Assembly (NCBI GenBank): GCA_965203055.1
Contig: OZ241863.1
Span: forward strand, 3,360,001 to 3,424,000
DNA: 64,000 bases
Origin: Spirochaetia bacterium
GTDB taxonomy: Bacteria > Spirochaetota > Spirochaetia > SZUA-6 > Bin103
Direction: 5' to 3'
Shown here: piece by piece, positions 48,207-57,194 of the stretch
Numbering within the stretch: position 1 is the stretch's first letter
Layout of the letters: every line of letters starts with the position of its first letter
Translations under genes and position numbers: made by a program
The notes under the pieces: generated by a model
What the model was told of the DNA's origin: nothing
Seen by the model: the letters and a program-made list of their open reading frames with translations, nothing else
Databases searched by the model: none

Positions 48207-51200
48207 ATACCCCGACACCGACGTTGCAGAACCGGGACGTCTACCGGCAGGACCCCGACGAGATCTCCTTGCTGAACCACGGCGTCGCCGCCATGACTGA
48301 CGCCGCGACCGCGGACGAGCGCCGCATCCTGCGCTTCGAGCTGCGCCACTTCGTATGCGCCGGCCAGTACCGCGGCGGTCTGGTCCGCATCCTGGAGTCC
48401 TACCTCCGGCACCAGGGCCAGCCGGAGCAGCCGGCGGCCTGGATCAGCGGCTTCTTCGGCAGCGGCAAGTCGCATCTGGCAAAGATGCTGCGCTTCCTGT
48501 GGACCGACTTCACGTTCCCGGAGGATGGCGCCACCGCGCGCGGCCTGGCGCGGCTGCCGGACGAGGTGCGGGACCTGCTCGCCGAGGTCTCCACCCTGGG
48601 TCGGCGCGGGCGCGGGCTGCACGCCGCGGCCGGCACGCTGGGCGCCGGCGCCGGGGACAGCGTCCGGCTGGCGCTGCTCGGCATCGTCTTCAAGTCCGCC
48701 GGTCTGCCGGAGAGCTGGCCCCTGGCGCAGTTCTGCCTGTGGCTCAAGAAGAACCGCCTCTACGACCGGGTGCGCGCCGCGGTCGAGGCGGAAGGGCGGC
48801 CGTTTCGGCGCGAGTTGCAGGACCTGTACGTGAGTCCGGTCATCGCCCGCGCGCTGCTCGCCGCCGATGCCAACATCGCCCGCGACGAGCGGGAGGTCCG
48901 GGCGGTGCTGCGCGGACAGTTCCCCAAGGCCGCCGACATCACCACCGACCAGTTCGTCGACGCGCTGCAGGAGGCGTTGGCGGCCGGCGGCGCGCTGCCG
49001 GCGACGGCGATCATTCTCGACGAGGTGCAGCAGTACATCGGCGAGGACACCAACCGCTCCTACGTCGTCCAGGAGGTGGTCGAAGCGTGCAGCAAGCGGT
49101 TCGGCGGCCGCCTGCTGTTCGTCGGCACCGGTCAGACGGCGCTCTCCGGCACCGCGGCGCTGCATCGCCTGCAGGGCCGTTTCGCGGTCAACGTGGAGCT
49201 CTCCGATGCCGACGTCGAGACGGTGATCCGGCGCGTCGTGCTGGCCAAACGCCAGGATCGGGTTGCCGCGGTCCGCGCGGCCCTGGAGGCGAACGCGGGG
49301 GAAATCGGCCGCCACCTGACCGGCAGCCGGATCGGCCCGCGCGCCGAGGATCAGGAGATTCTGGTCGACGACTACCCGCTGCTGCCGGTGCGCCGGCGCT
49401 TCTGGGAGTACACGCTGCGCGCGGTCGACCGCGCCGGCACCGCCGGGCAGCTCCGCACCCAACTCCGCATCGTCTACGACGCCATCCGCCGCACCGCCGG
49501 CGAGCCGCTCGGCAGCGTCGTGCCGGCCGACTTCCTGTTCGACGAACAGGCGTCCAGTCTGCTGCAGTCCGGCGTGTTGCTGCGCGAGCTGCACGAGACG
49601 ATCGTCCGGCAGCGCGCTGACGGCAGTGCCGACGGCCTCCTCAAGTCGCGGCTGTGCGCGCTGGTCTTCCTGATCCGCAAGCTCCCGCGCGAGGCCGGGG
49701 CGGACATCGGCGTGCACGCCACCGCGGAGGCGCTGGCCGACCTGCTGGTGCGGGACTTGGCGACCGACGGCGCGGCGCTGCGCGGCCGGCTGCCGGCGCT
49801 CCTGGACGAGTTGGTCGCCGCCGGCACGCTGATGCAGATCGGCCGGGAGTTCAGCCTGCAGACCCGCGAGAGCAGCGACTGGGAAGCGGAGTTCCGCAAC
49901 CGGCAACGCCGGCTCGGCGGAGATCCGGCCGCCATGAGCAGCGTGCGCTCCACGCTGCTCGGCAGCGCGGTGCAGGCGGCGCTGGGGCCGCTGCGGCTCA
50001 CCCACGGGGCGAGCAAGGAACCGCGCAAGCTGGCGCTGCACTTCGGGTCCGAGGCGCCGCCGGTGGGCCGCGACCTCCCGGTGTGGGTGCGCGACGGGTG
50101 GGGCGCCGCGGAGAGCGCCGTGCTCGCCGAGGCGCGCGCCGCCGGCGCGGACGACCCGGTGATCCACCTGTTCGTGCCCAAGTCCGACGCCGACGCGCTG
50201 GCGCGGCTGATCGCCGCCCGCGGCGCCGCGCAGGAGACGCTGGACTACCAGGGCATCCCGTCCGGGCCGGAAGGGATCGAGGCACGCCAGGGCATGGAGA
50301 CGCGGCTGACCGCGGCGGAGCGCAACCTGCAGGCAATGATGGCGCGCGCCGCCGGCGGCGCGAAGGTGTTTCAGGGCGGCGGCCACGAGCGGCCGGAATC
50401 GACCGTGGCCGAGAAGGTGCGGGCGGCGGCGGCCGCCTCGCTGGAGCGGCTGTTCTTCCGGTTCAAGGACGCCGACCACGACCGTTGGCCCGCGGTGATT
50501 GAGCGCGCCCGCGGCGGCGCGGAGAGCCCGTTGGCGGCGCTCGACTTCAACGGCAAGACCGCCGACCACCCGGTGTGCGCGGCGGTGCTCGCCTGGGTCG
50601 GCGCCGGCAAGCGGGGCCGGGAGGTGCGCGCCCACTTCTCGGCTCCGCCCTGCGGCTGGCCGCGCGACGCGATCGACGGGGCGCTGCTCAGCCTGTTCGC
50701 GACCGGGCACCTGCGCGCGACCGCCAACGGCGTGGCGGTCGCCCCGCGCGGGCTGGACCAGACCAAGGTGTCTCGTACGGACTTCCGGGTGGAGACCGCG
50801 ACGGTAGCCGCGCCGCAGCGCCTGCAGGCGCGCAGGCTGTTTCAGAGCGCGGGCGTGGACTGCAAGCCGAACGAAGAGGTGGAGGCGGCCGGCCGCTTTC
50901 TGGACCGGCTCCTGGAGCTGGCCGACGGCGCCGGCGGCGAGGCGCCGCTGCCGGTCCGGCCGGAAACCGGAGCGGTGGAGGAGCTGCGCTCCCGGGCCGG
51001 CAACGAACAGCTCCTGGCGGTGCTCGACCGGCACGACCAACTGGCGACTAACCTGGCCGACTGGACCGCGGCCGGGCAGTTGGCAGCCGCGCGCCTGCCG
51101 GCGTTCCGTCGCCTGCAGGCGCTGGCCCGCCACGCGGAGGGACTTGCGGCCGCCGGCGCGGCGCAGCCGCAGCTCGCCGCGCTCGTGGAGCACCGGCGGC

Positions 51201-51667
51201 TGCTGGACGCGACCGATCCGGTGCCCGACCTCGCCGCGCGCCTCACCGATGCGCTGCGCGCCGCGTTGGCGCGGTCGCAAGCCGGCTATGACGAGACCTA
51301 CGAGGCGGAGCGGCAACGTCTGGAGCAAGCCGAAAGCTGGCGGCAGCTCGATGCCGCCCGGCGCCGCGAAATCCTCGACCGGCTGCGCCTGGAGCCGGCC
51401 ACCGCCGGGGCGACCGGCACCGAGCGGGAGGTACTGGAATCGCTGGACCGCATCTCCCTGGACGGCTGGCGCACGCGCACCGCGGCCCTCCCGCAGTGGT
51501 TCGCGCAGGCCCGCGCCGCCGCCGACCGGCTGGTCGAACCGGAAATCCGCCACCATAAGCTCACCGGCGCCACGTTGCGCACGCGGGAAGATGTCCGGGC
51601 CTGGATCGAGACCACCGAACGGGAGCTGCTGAATCAGGTGGAGCAGGGCCCGGTCGTCATCGGCTGA
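48203..51667 (+). CDS. brxC: BREX P-loop ATPase BrxC
   Basis: WISGFFGSGKSHLAKML, ILDEVQQYI, YPLLP; 1154 aa. Confidence 0.92.
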   Translation: MNTPTPTLQNRDVYRQDPDEISLLNHGVAAMTDAATADERRILRFELRHFVCAGQYRGGLVRILESYLRHQGQPEQPAAWISGFFGSGKSHLAKMLRFLWTDFTFPEDGATARGLARLPDEVRDLLAEVSTLGRRGRGLHAAAGTLGAGAGDSVRLALLGIVFKSAGLPESWPLAQFCLWLKKNRLYDRVRAAVEAEGRPFRRELQDLYVSPVIARALLAADANIARDEREVRAVLRGQFPKAADITTDQFVDALQEALAAGGALPATAIILDEVQQYIGEDTNRSYVVQEVVEACSKRFGGRLLFVGTGQTALSGTAALHRLQGRFAVNVELSDADVETVIRRVVLAKRQDRVAAVRAALEANAGEIGRHLTGSRIGPRAEDQEILVDDYPLLPVRRRFWEYTLRAVDRAGTAGQLRTQLRIVYDAIRRTAGEPLGSVVPADFLFDEQASSLLQSGVLLRELHETIVRQRADGSADGLLKSRLCALVFLIRKLPREAGADIGVHATAEALADLLVRDLATDGAALRGRLPALLDELVAAGTLMQIGREFSLQTRESSDWEAEFRNRQRRLGGDPAAMSSVRSTLLGSAVQAALGPLRLTHGASKEPRKLALHFGSEAPPVGRDLPVWVRDGWGAAESAVLAEARAAGADDPVIHLFVPKSDADALARLIAARGAAQETLDYQGIPSGPEGIEARQGMETRLTAAERNLQAMMARAAGGAKVFQGGGHERPESTVAEKVRAAAAASLERLFFRFKDADHDRWPAVIERARGGAESPLAALDFNGKTADHPVCAAVLAWVGAGKRGREVRAHFSAPPCGWPRDAIDGALLSLFATGHLRATANGVAVAPRGLDQTKVSRTDFRVETATVAAPQRLQARRLFQSAGVDCKPNEEVEAAGRFLDRLLELADGAGGEAPLPVRPETGAVEELRSRAGNEQLLAVLDRHDQLATNLADWTAAGQLAAARLPAFRRLQALARHAEGLAAAGAAQPQLAALVEHRRLLDATDPVPDLAARLTDALRAALARSQAGYDETYEAERQRLEQAESWRQLDAARRREILDRLRLEPATAGATGTEREVLESLDRISLDGWRTRTAALPQWFAQARAAADRLVEPEIRHHKLTGATLRTREDVRAWIETTERELLNQVEQGPVVIG

Positions 51668-51684
51668 GAAGGTACGCGGCGGTA

Positions 51685-53106
51685 TTACGACGCCGCGGCG
51701 GCCAGCTCGTAGAGGTCCTCCAGCGAGTACCAGCGCTCGCGATCCCGCCGGGCGGGCGGCGGGCGGCGTACGAAGTAGCGGCGGCCGAGCGTGGCGCCGC
51801 GGCTGTTGGGATACCGCTCCGCCTTGCGCTCCAGCTCCGCTTCCAGCGCCGCCGGCGACCGCACCGCCCCCCACTTGCATTCGCCCAGATCGGTCCAATC
51901 GTCGTCGCGCATGCCGACCACGTCGATCTGCGTCGACCGGCTCCAGTACTCGCCGACCTGGAATCCGGCGCTCACGCCTTCATGCGCGTAGATGAGCGGC
52001 AGCGCTTCCCGGCACAACCCCTCGAAGCAGGTTCCGAACCAGGCTTCCAGGGCCGGGGCGATACGGTCGCGCAAGGCCCGCGCCGGACCGGCGCCGCGGA
52101 TGACGCTCACGTTGGGGAACACGAACCGGAACCAGAACCGCAGCAGCGGGTCGTCGATGCCGAAGCGCACCTGCTTCGGGTTTGGGCGCCGGCGGTCCAG
52201 CGGGTAACGGCGCCGCAGGTAGCCGAGATCGATGAGCTGGCGCAGGTAGTAGTGCACGTTGCGTTCCGGCAGCTCGGTGGCCGCGGCGATCGCCGGCGCG
52301 GCGCCGTGGCCGGCCGCCAGCGCGTGCAGGATCGCCTGGTAGGGGCCGAGCTCGCGCAACTCCTCGCGGAGCAGAAAGATCGGTTCGTGAAACAGCGGCG
52401 AGAAGTCGTCCAGGAGCCGTTCCTCGACGTTGCGTTCGATCGACCGGCCGTCGTCCAGGCTGAGCAGATACTGCGGCAGGCCGCCGACCAGGAAATAGGC
52501 CCGCGCCCGGTCGGCCGGCGACCAGCGCGGATGGAATCGGCCGGCGTCCAGGTAGCCGAACGGCTGCAGGTGGATCTGCGCGGTGCGCCGCCCGAACAGC
52601 GGACTCTTGGCGCCCAACACGTCCCGCTCCATGAAGCCCAGGTACGAACCGCACACCAGCAGGACCACGATGCCGGCGTCGCGCCAGTGCCGGTCCCAGC
52701 ACTGCTGCAGCTCGGCGAGCAGGTCAGGGCTGGCCGCGGCGATCCACTGGAACTCGTCCAGGGCCAGGACCAGCTTCGCCCCGGGGTTGGCCGCCGTCCA
52801 TTGCGTGACCACGGTGAGCAGCGCCTGCCGCCAGCCGCCGGCGCGCAGCTCGGCGAGCAGCGGCAGGTCGAGCGCGCCGGCGGCCTGTTCCAGGAACTCG
52901 CGCACCTGCAGCGCCGCCGAGGACTGCTGCCCCAGATAGTAGACGCCGGGCTTGTCGGCCATGAACCGCAGGATCAGCTCGCTCTTGCCGACCCGCCGGC
53001 GCCCGTAGATCGGCACGAACTCCGAGCGCGGCGACCCGTACGCCTCCGCCAACAGTCTCAACTCCCGGCCGCGGCCGATGAAGCGCACCATGCCGGGCGG
53101 CAGCAT
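51685..53106 (-). CDS. Archaeal-type ATPase with wHTH and a DUF234/restriction-endonuclease-like C-terminus
   Basis: FIGRGREL, YGRRRVGKS, LDEFQW, DPLLRFWFRFV, QIDVVG...GECKW. Confidence 0.88.
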   Translation of the reverse strand: MLPPGMVRFIGRGRELRLLAEAYGSPRSEFVPIYGRRRVGKSELILRFMADKPGVYYLGQQSSAALQVREFLEQAAGALDLPLLAELRAGGWRQALLTVVTQWTAANPGAKLVLALDEFQWIAAASPDLLAELQQCWDRHWRDAGIVVLLVCGSYLGFMERDVLGAKSPLFGRRTAQIHLQPFGYLDAGRFHPRWSPADRARAYFLVGGLPQYLLSLDDGRSIERNVEERLLDDFSPLFHEPIFLLREELRELGPYQAILHALAAGHGAAPAIAAATELPERNVHYYLRQLIDLGYLRRRYPLDRRRPNPKQVRFGIDDPLLRFWFRFVFPNVSVIRGAGPARALRDRIAPALEAWFGTCFEGLCREALPLIYAHEGVSAGFQVGEYWSRSTQIDVVGMRDDDWTDLGECKWGAVRSPAALEAELERKAERYPNSRGATLGRRYFVRRPPPARRDRERWYSLEDLYELAAAAS

Positions 53107-53241
53107 GGCGCGCTCCGATCATTTCGTCAAGTCACGATTGAACAAGCCTCGACTAGACAAACCCGTGCCTGGCGGCGGTGGCGCTTGCCAAGTCCATGAC
53201 TGATCATGTACGCACTGCTTCAGTGAAGAAGTGGTGCTGCC

Positions 53242-54567
53242 ATGTCGGGAACGCGCCTCGCGCAACGGCGAGCGCAGGCTCGCTTCCTCTGGTTCGACGA
53301 GCAGACGGTACCGGAGACGGGGTTCGGTACGTTGGACGAGGCGCTGTGGAAGCCGCTGCTGAGCGCGCAGGGCGCCGCCGACCCCGCCCTTGCGCTGGAG
53401 AAGATGGGGTTGCTCGCGCGCGGCGTCACCGGCGCGGTGGAGGCGACCGTGGCAGGCCTGCTGCTGTGCAGTCAGGCGCCGGACGAGTGGCTGCCGAATG
53501 CCGCCATAACGGCGACGCACTACCGCGGCGTGGACCGCGCTTCAGGTCAGTTGGACGCCCAGACCATCACCGGACCGTTGAGCCGGCAGATTGCCGAGGC
53601 GGTCGCGTTCGCTGTCCGCAACATGCGGGTCGGCGCCTACAAGAGCCCGGCCCGTATCGACCTGCCGCAATACAGCGAACGCGCGCTGTTCGAAGCGATG
53701 GTCAACGCGGTGGCGCATCGGGACTACTCGATCCGGGGCAGCCGGATTCGCCTGTCGATGTTCGCCGATCGCATCGAGATCAACTCGCCCGGCGGGCTGG
53801 CGAATAATCTCGCGGTGGACACGATGGCCATGCGCCAATCCACGCGCAACGAAGCGCTCGCGTCGGCGCTCGGCCGCCTGCCGGTCGGCGCCGTCCGCGG
53901 GGCGGGCGAGCGGCGCTACTTCATGGAGCGGCGCGGTGACGGCGTGCCGACGATCCTGCGCGAGACGCGCGCGCTGAGCGGCAAGGCGCCGGAGTATCGG
54001 CTGATCGACAACTCCGATCTGTTTCTCACGCTGCCGGCGGCGGCGACCGTCCCTACCCCTGTCAGGATCGTCATCGCGGTGCGCAGCCGAGGCGCCGCCG
54101 TGCCGAACGTCGATCTGCTGGTGCTGATGCCGAACGAATCGTGGCGACGGGCGACGACCTGCGACGCCGGCGAGGCGGTGGTCGAGCTGCATCTTTCACA
54201 CCTCCCCGTCACCGTGTTCGCGGCCGCTGCCGGCTACGCGGCGCACCTGATTCGGGATTGGCAGCCGCGCCGCGGCGCGCTGACCATCGAGCTCGAACCG
54301 CTGCCGGACGGCGGCGCGGTCATCTTCCCGGACGCAACCGGCGAGATTCCCGGGCTTGCAGGGCGCCTCAACCCGGTGCGTGACCCGCTCGACCGCACCT
54401 TCCTCCATGCCTCCGGCATCGCGATCGACCAGGGCCGGCCGCAGCCCGTTCACTTCCTGCTCGGCGAGACCCTGCGGCTCACCGACGCCGATGGCCGCGA
54501 ACGGCTGGCCCGCATCATCGACGTCATCGGCCGCGCGGCCCTGATAGAGTACCGTCCCGTCGGGTAA
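53242..54567 (+). CDS. HATPase_c_4 (RecG C-terminal-like) protein, apparently lacking its N-terminal AlbA/Schlafen domain
   Basis: EAMVNAVAHRDYS, DRIEINSPGG, MERRGDGV; the ORF starts at the linker RLAQRRAQAR..FDEQ. Confidence 0.75.
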   Translation: MSGTRLAQRRAQARFLWFDEQTVPETGFGTLDEALWKPLLSAQGAADPALALEKMGLLARGVTGAVEATVAGLLLCSQAPDEWLPNAAITATHYRGVDRASGQLDAQTITGPLSRQIAEAVAFAVRNMRVGAYKSPARIDLPQYSERALFEAMVNAVAHRDYSIRGSRIRLSMFADRIEINSPGGLANNLAVDTMAMRQSTRNEALASALGRLPVGAVRGAGERRYFMERRGDGVPTILRETRALSGKAPEYRLIDNSDLFLTLPAAATVPTPVRIVIAVRSRGAAVPNVDLLVLMPNESWRRATTCDAGEAVVELHLSHLPVTVFAAAAGYAAHLIRDWQPRRGALTIELEPLPDGGAVIFPDATGEIPGLAGRLNPVRDPLDRTFLHASGIAIDQGRPQPVHFLLGETLRLTDADGRERLARIIDVIGRAALIEYRPVG

Positions 54568-54574
54568 CGCGCGC

Positions 54575-55741
54575 ATGCTCATACAACGGATCAAGCTGCA
54601 GAACCTGCTCTCGTTCGGCCCGGACGCTCAGGAGCTGGAGCTGCGGCCCCTCAACGTGCTGATCGGCCCCAACGGCTCCGGCAAGTCCAATCTGATCGAG
54701 GCCTTCCGGCTCCTGCGGGCCGCGCCGAAGGACCTCGTAGCGCCGATCCGCGCCGGCGGTGGAGCAGGCAACTGGCTCTGGCGAGGACAGCCACCGGCGG
54801 CCTCCGCCCGAATGGAGGCGGTAGTCGAGAATCCGCAGGGACGACAGCCGCTTCGGCATGCTCTTGCGTTTACGGCGAGCGGCCAACGCTTCGAGTTGAC
54901 GGAAGAAATCGTTGCAAACGAGCGGGCGTATCCGGGACGCTCACAACCGTACCTCTATTACGAATTCCGGTCAGGAAGGGCCACGCTGAACTATCGCTAC
55001 CCGAATGAGCGCGAGTTGCGCCTCGAGAATATCGAAATCGACCAATCGATACTGGCGCAGCGCAAGGACCCGGATCACTATCCCGAGCTCACCTACCTGG
55101 GGAAGACGCTCGGACAGATCCAATGCTACACCGAGTGGTCGTTCGGCCGGTCCACACCGTACCGACAACCGCAACCGACCGATCTTCCAAACAGCTATCT
55201 GTTGGAGAACGGAATGAACCTGGGCTTGATGTTGAGCCGTATGGCGCGGGAACCTCAGGTCAAGCGCCGGTTTCTCAACGCCCTCGGTCAGCTCTACGAA
55301 GGCTTGACGGATTATCACGTGAACGTCGAGGCCGGTACCGTCCAGGTCTTTCTCGAGGAGGGCGACCTTACCGTGCCGGCGTCCCGATTGTCCGATGGAA
55401 CGCTCCGCTATCTTTGCCTCCTGGCTATCCTCTGCGACCCCGCGCCGGCGCCGTTGATCTGTCTGGAAGAGCCCGAACTTGGATTGCATCCCGACGTACT
55501 CCCGGGGCTGGCCGAGCTGCTGCGCCAAGCGTCGGAACGGTGCCAGTTGATCGTCACCACGCACTCGGAGGTTCTCGTCGATGCGTTGACCGAGGTCCCG
55601 GACAGCGTGATCGTCTGCGAAAAGCAAGACGGGCAGACGACGTTGCAGCGCCTGCGAAAGGAGGCGCTGACCGAATGGCTGCAGCGATACCAGCTCGGAC
55701 AGCTCTGGGCCTCGGGTTCGATTGGCGGCAATCGCTGGTGA
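54575..55741 (+). CDS. AAA_21/SMC-like ATPase
   Basis: NLLSFG, GPNGSGKSN, LSDGTLR, EEPELGLHP, TTHS. Confidence 0.9.
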   Translation: MLIQRIKLQNLLSFGPDAQELELRPLNVLIGPNGSGKSNLIEAFRLLRAAPKDLVAPIRAGGGAGNWLWRGQPPAASARMEAVVENPQGRQPLRHALAFTASGQRFELTEEIVANERAYPGRSQPYLYYEFRSGRATLNYRYPNERELRLENIEIDQSILAQRKDPDHYPELTYLGKTLGQIQCYTEWSFGRSTPYRQPQPTDLPNSYLLENGMNLGLMLSRMAREPQVKRRFLNALGQLYEGLTDYHVNVEAGTVQVFLEEGDLTVPASRLSDGTLRYLCLLAILCDPAPAPLICLEEPELGLHPDVLPGLAELLRQASERCQLIVTTHSEVLVDALTEVPDSVIVCEKQDGQTTLQRLRKEALTEWLQRYQLGQLWASGSIGGNRW

Positions 55742-56352
55742 GTGTAACGGTATGTGTCGAAGGCGGCGGCGACTCGAGTACTCTGAAAAGGATGTGTCGA
55801 AAAGGCTTCAGTGAATTCTTTCGTAAGGCAGGGTTGGCCGGCCGCATGCCGAAGATCATCGCGGGCGGCGCACGGGACAACACCTACAAGGATTTTTGCG
55901 TCTTGGTCGGTGCCACGAACCGCGATTTCGTCATCCTGCTGGTCGATAGCGAAGCGCCGGTGTCCGGGAGTTCTGGCGTATGGGAACACTTGAAACGCCG
56001 TGACAAATGGACTCTGCCGGCCGGGGCCGCGGACGAGAACGCTCATCTCATGGTGCAGTGCATGGAGGCTTGGTTCCTTGCGGACAAGGCCACGTTGGCC
56101 GTGTTTTTCGGCAACGGCTTCAACGAGAACGCACTTCCCCGACGGGTAGAAGTCGAGAACATTCCGAAGAAGCAGCTTCTTGACAGTATCGAGAATGCGA
56201 CACGTTCGTGCAGGCCGAAAGGCAAGTATAGCAAGGGCCAGCACTCGTTCCATCTTCTTGGTCAAGTTGAACCGGAGAGGGTCACCGCGGTATCGCCATA
56301 TGCACGGCGTCTCATCGACACCCTGAAGAACAAGGCATCGGGTCGTGAATAA
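55738..56352 (+). CDS. DUF4276 (TOPRIM/RloB-like) protein
   Basis: VCVEGGG, LLVDSE, MVQCMEAWFLAD, YSKGQHS; GTGA overlap with the ATPase. Confidence 0.85.
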   Translation: MSVTVCVEGGGDSSTLKRMCRKGFSEFFRKAGLAGRMPKIIAGGARDNTYKDFCVLVGATNRDFVILLVDSEAPVSGSSGVWEHLKRRDKWTLPAGAADENAHLMVQCMEAWFLADKATLAVFFGNGFNENALPRRVEVENIPKKQLLDSIENATRSCRPKGKYSKGQHSFHLLGQVEPERVTAVSPYARRLIDTLKNKASGRE

Positions 56353-57047
56353 ACCTGTGGAGATCGAGTACCCCAGTTCGGACGGTGAGCCGGTGGCGGA
56401 AAGCAGCTTTCAACTCATCCCTCTGTTCTACGCCTTCGACGCGCTGCGGCGCCGCTATGCCGCTCGTGATGACGTGTTCGTAGCGGCCGTCCTGCTGTTG
56501 TACTACCAGGAGGGCAACCCGGCGGCGCGGGTGGCGCCGGACGTATTCGTGGTGCTCGGCGCGGAGAATCGCCCGCGCCACACGTACCAGTTGTGGAAGG
56601 AACCGAAGGGGCCGGACTTCGTGCTGGAGATCACCTCGGCAAGCACCAGGGACCGGGATCAGGGACCGAAGCGAGAGACGTACCGACAGTTGGGAGTGCG
56701 GGAGTACTTCCAGCACGACCCGACGTGGGACTATTTGGACCCGCCGTTGCAGGGGCTGGAACTGATCGGGGGAAGGTACGAGCTGCGGCCCGCCGGAGGA
56801 GCTGGCGGACGGAACTCTGCGGCTGGAGAGCAAGGTGCTGGGGCTGGAATTGCGGCAGGAGGCGGAGAGGCTGCGGTTCTACGATCCGGCGACGCAGGGC
56901 TATCTGCTGTCGTCGAAAGAACTAGAGCAGCAGCGGAAGTTGGAAGACGCCCTCTGGCAGGCGGAAGCCACCCGGAGACAGGCGGAAGCGCGCATCGCCG
57001 AACTTGAGGCGATACTCCGCGAGCGGGCTGAGAAGGGGCTAAAGTAG
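56345..57047 (+). pseudogene. Uma2 family endonuclease, frameshifted near 56790
   Basis: YPSSDGEPVAES, APDVFVV, PDFVLEITS, GVREYF; continuation EELADGTLRLESKVLGLELR lies in another frame ending at 57047. Confidence 0.85.
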
Positions 57048-57107
57048 CGGTACCCGGCGCGTTCGGAGTATGGTGGGCGACGGAGGATCACGGATGGCTT
57101 ACGCGCC

Positions 57108-57170
57108 CGCCGCCAGGCGGAAGCGGGCATCGCCGCACTTGAGGCGCTCCGCGAGCGGGGTGAGAACGGC
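57108..57170 (+). repeat. Degenerate direct copy of the Uma2 3' end (about 56973-57039)
   Basis: caggcggaagcg(g/c)gcatcgccg(c/a)acttgaggcg...ctccgcgagcggg present twice. Confidence 0.75.
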
Positions 57171-57194
57171 ACACCAGGCAGATAGCCGCCGGCG

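Noticed and set aside
48167..51898. Long antisense ORFs (this 1243-aa frame, also 3232-5163, 11896-13818, 17778-19940, 29125-30969)
   Set aside because: Shadow frames of real genes in high-GC DNA, with no domain motifs
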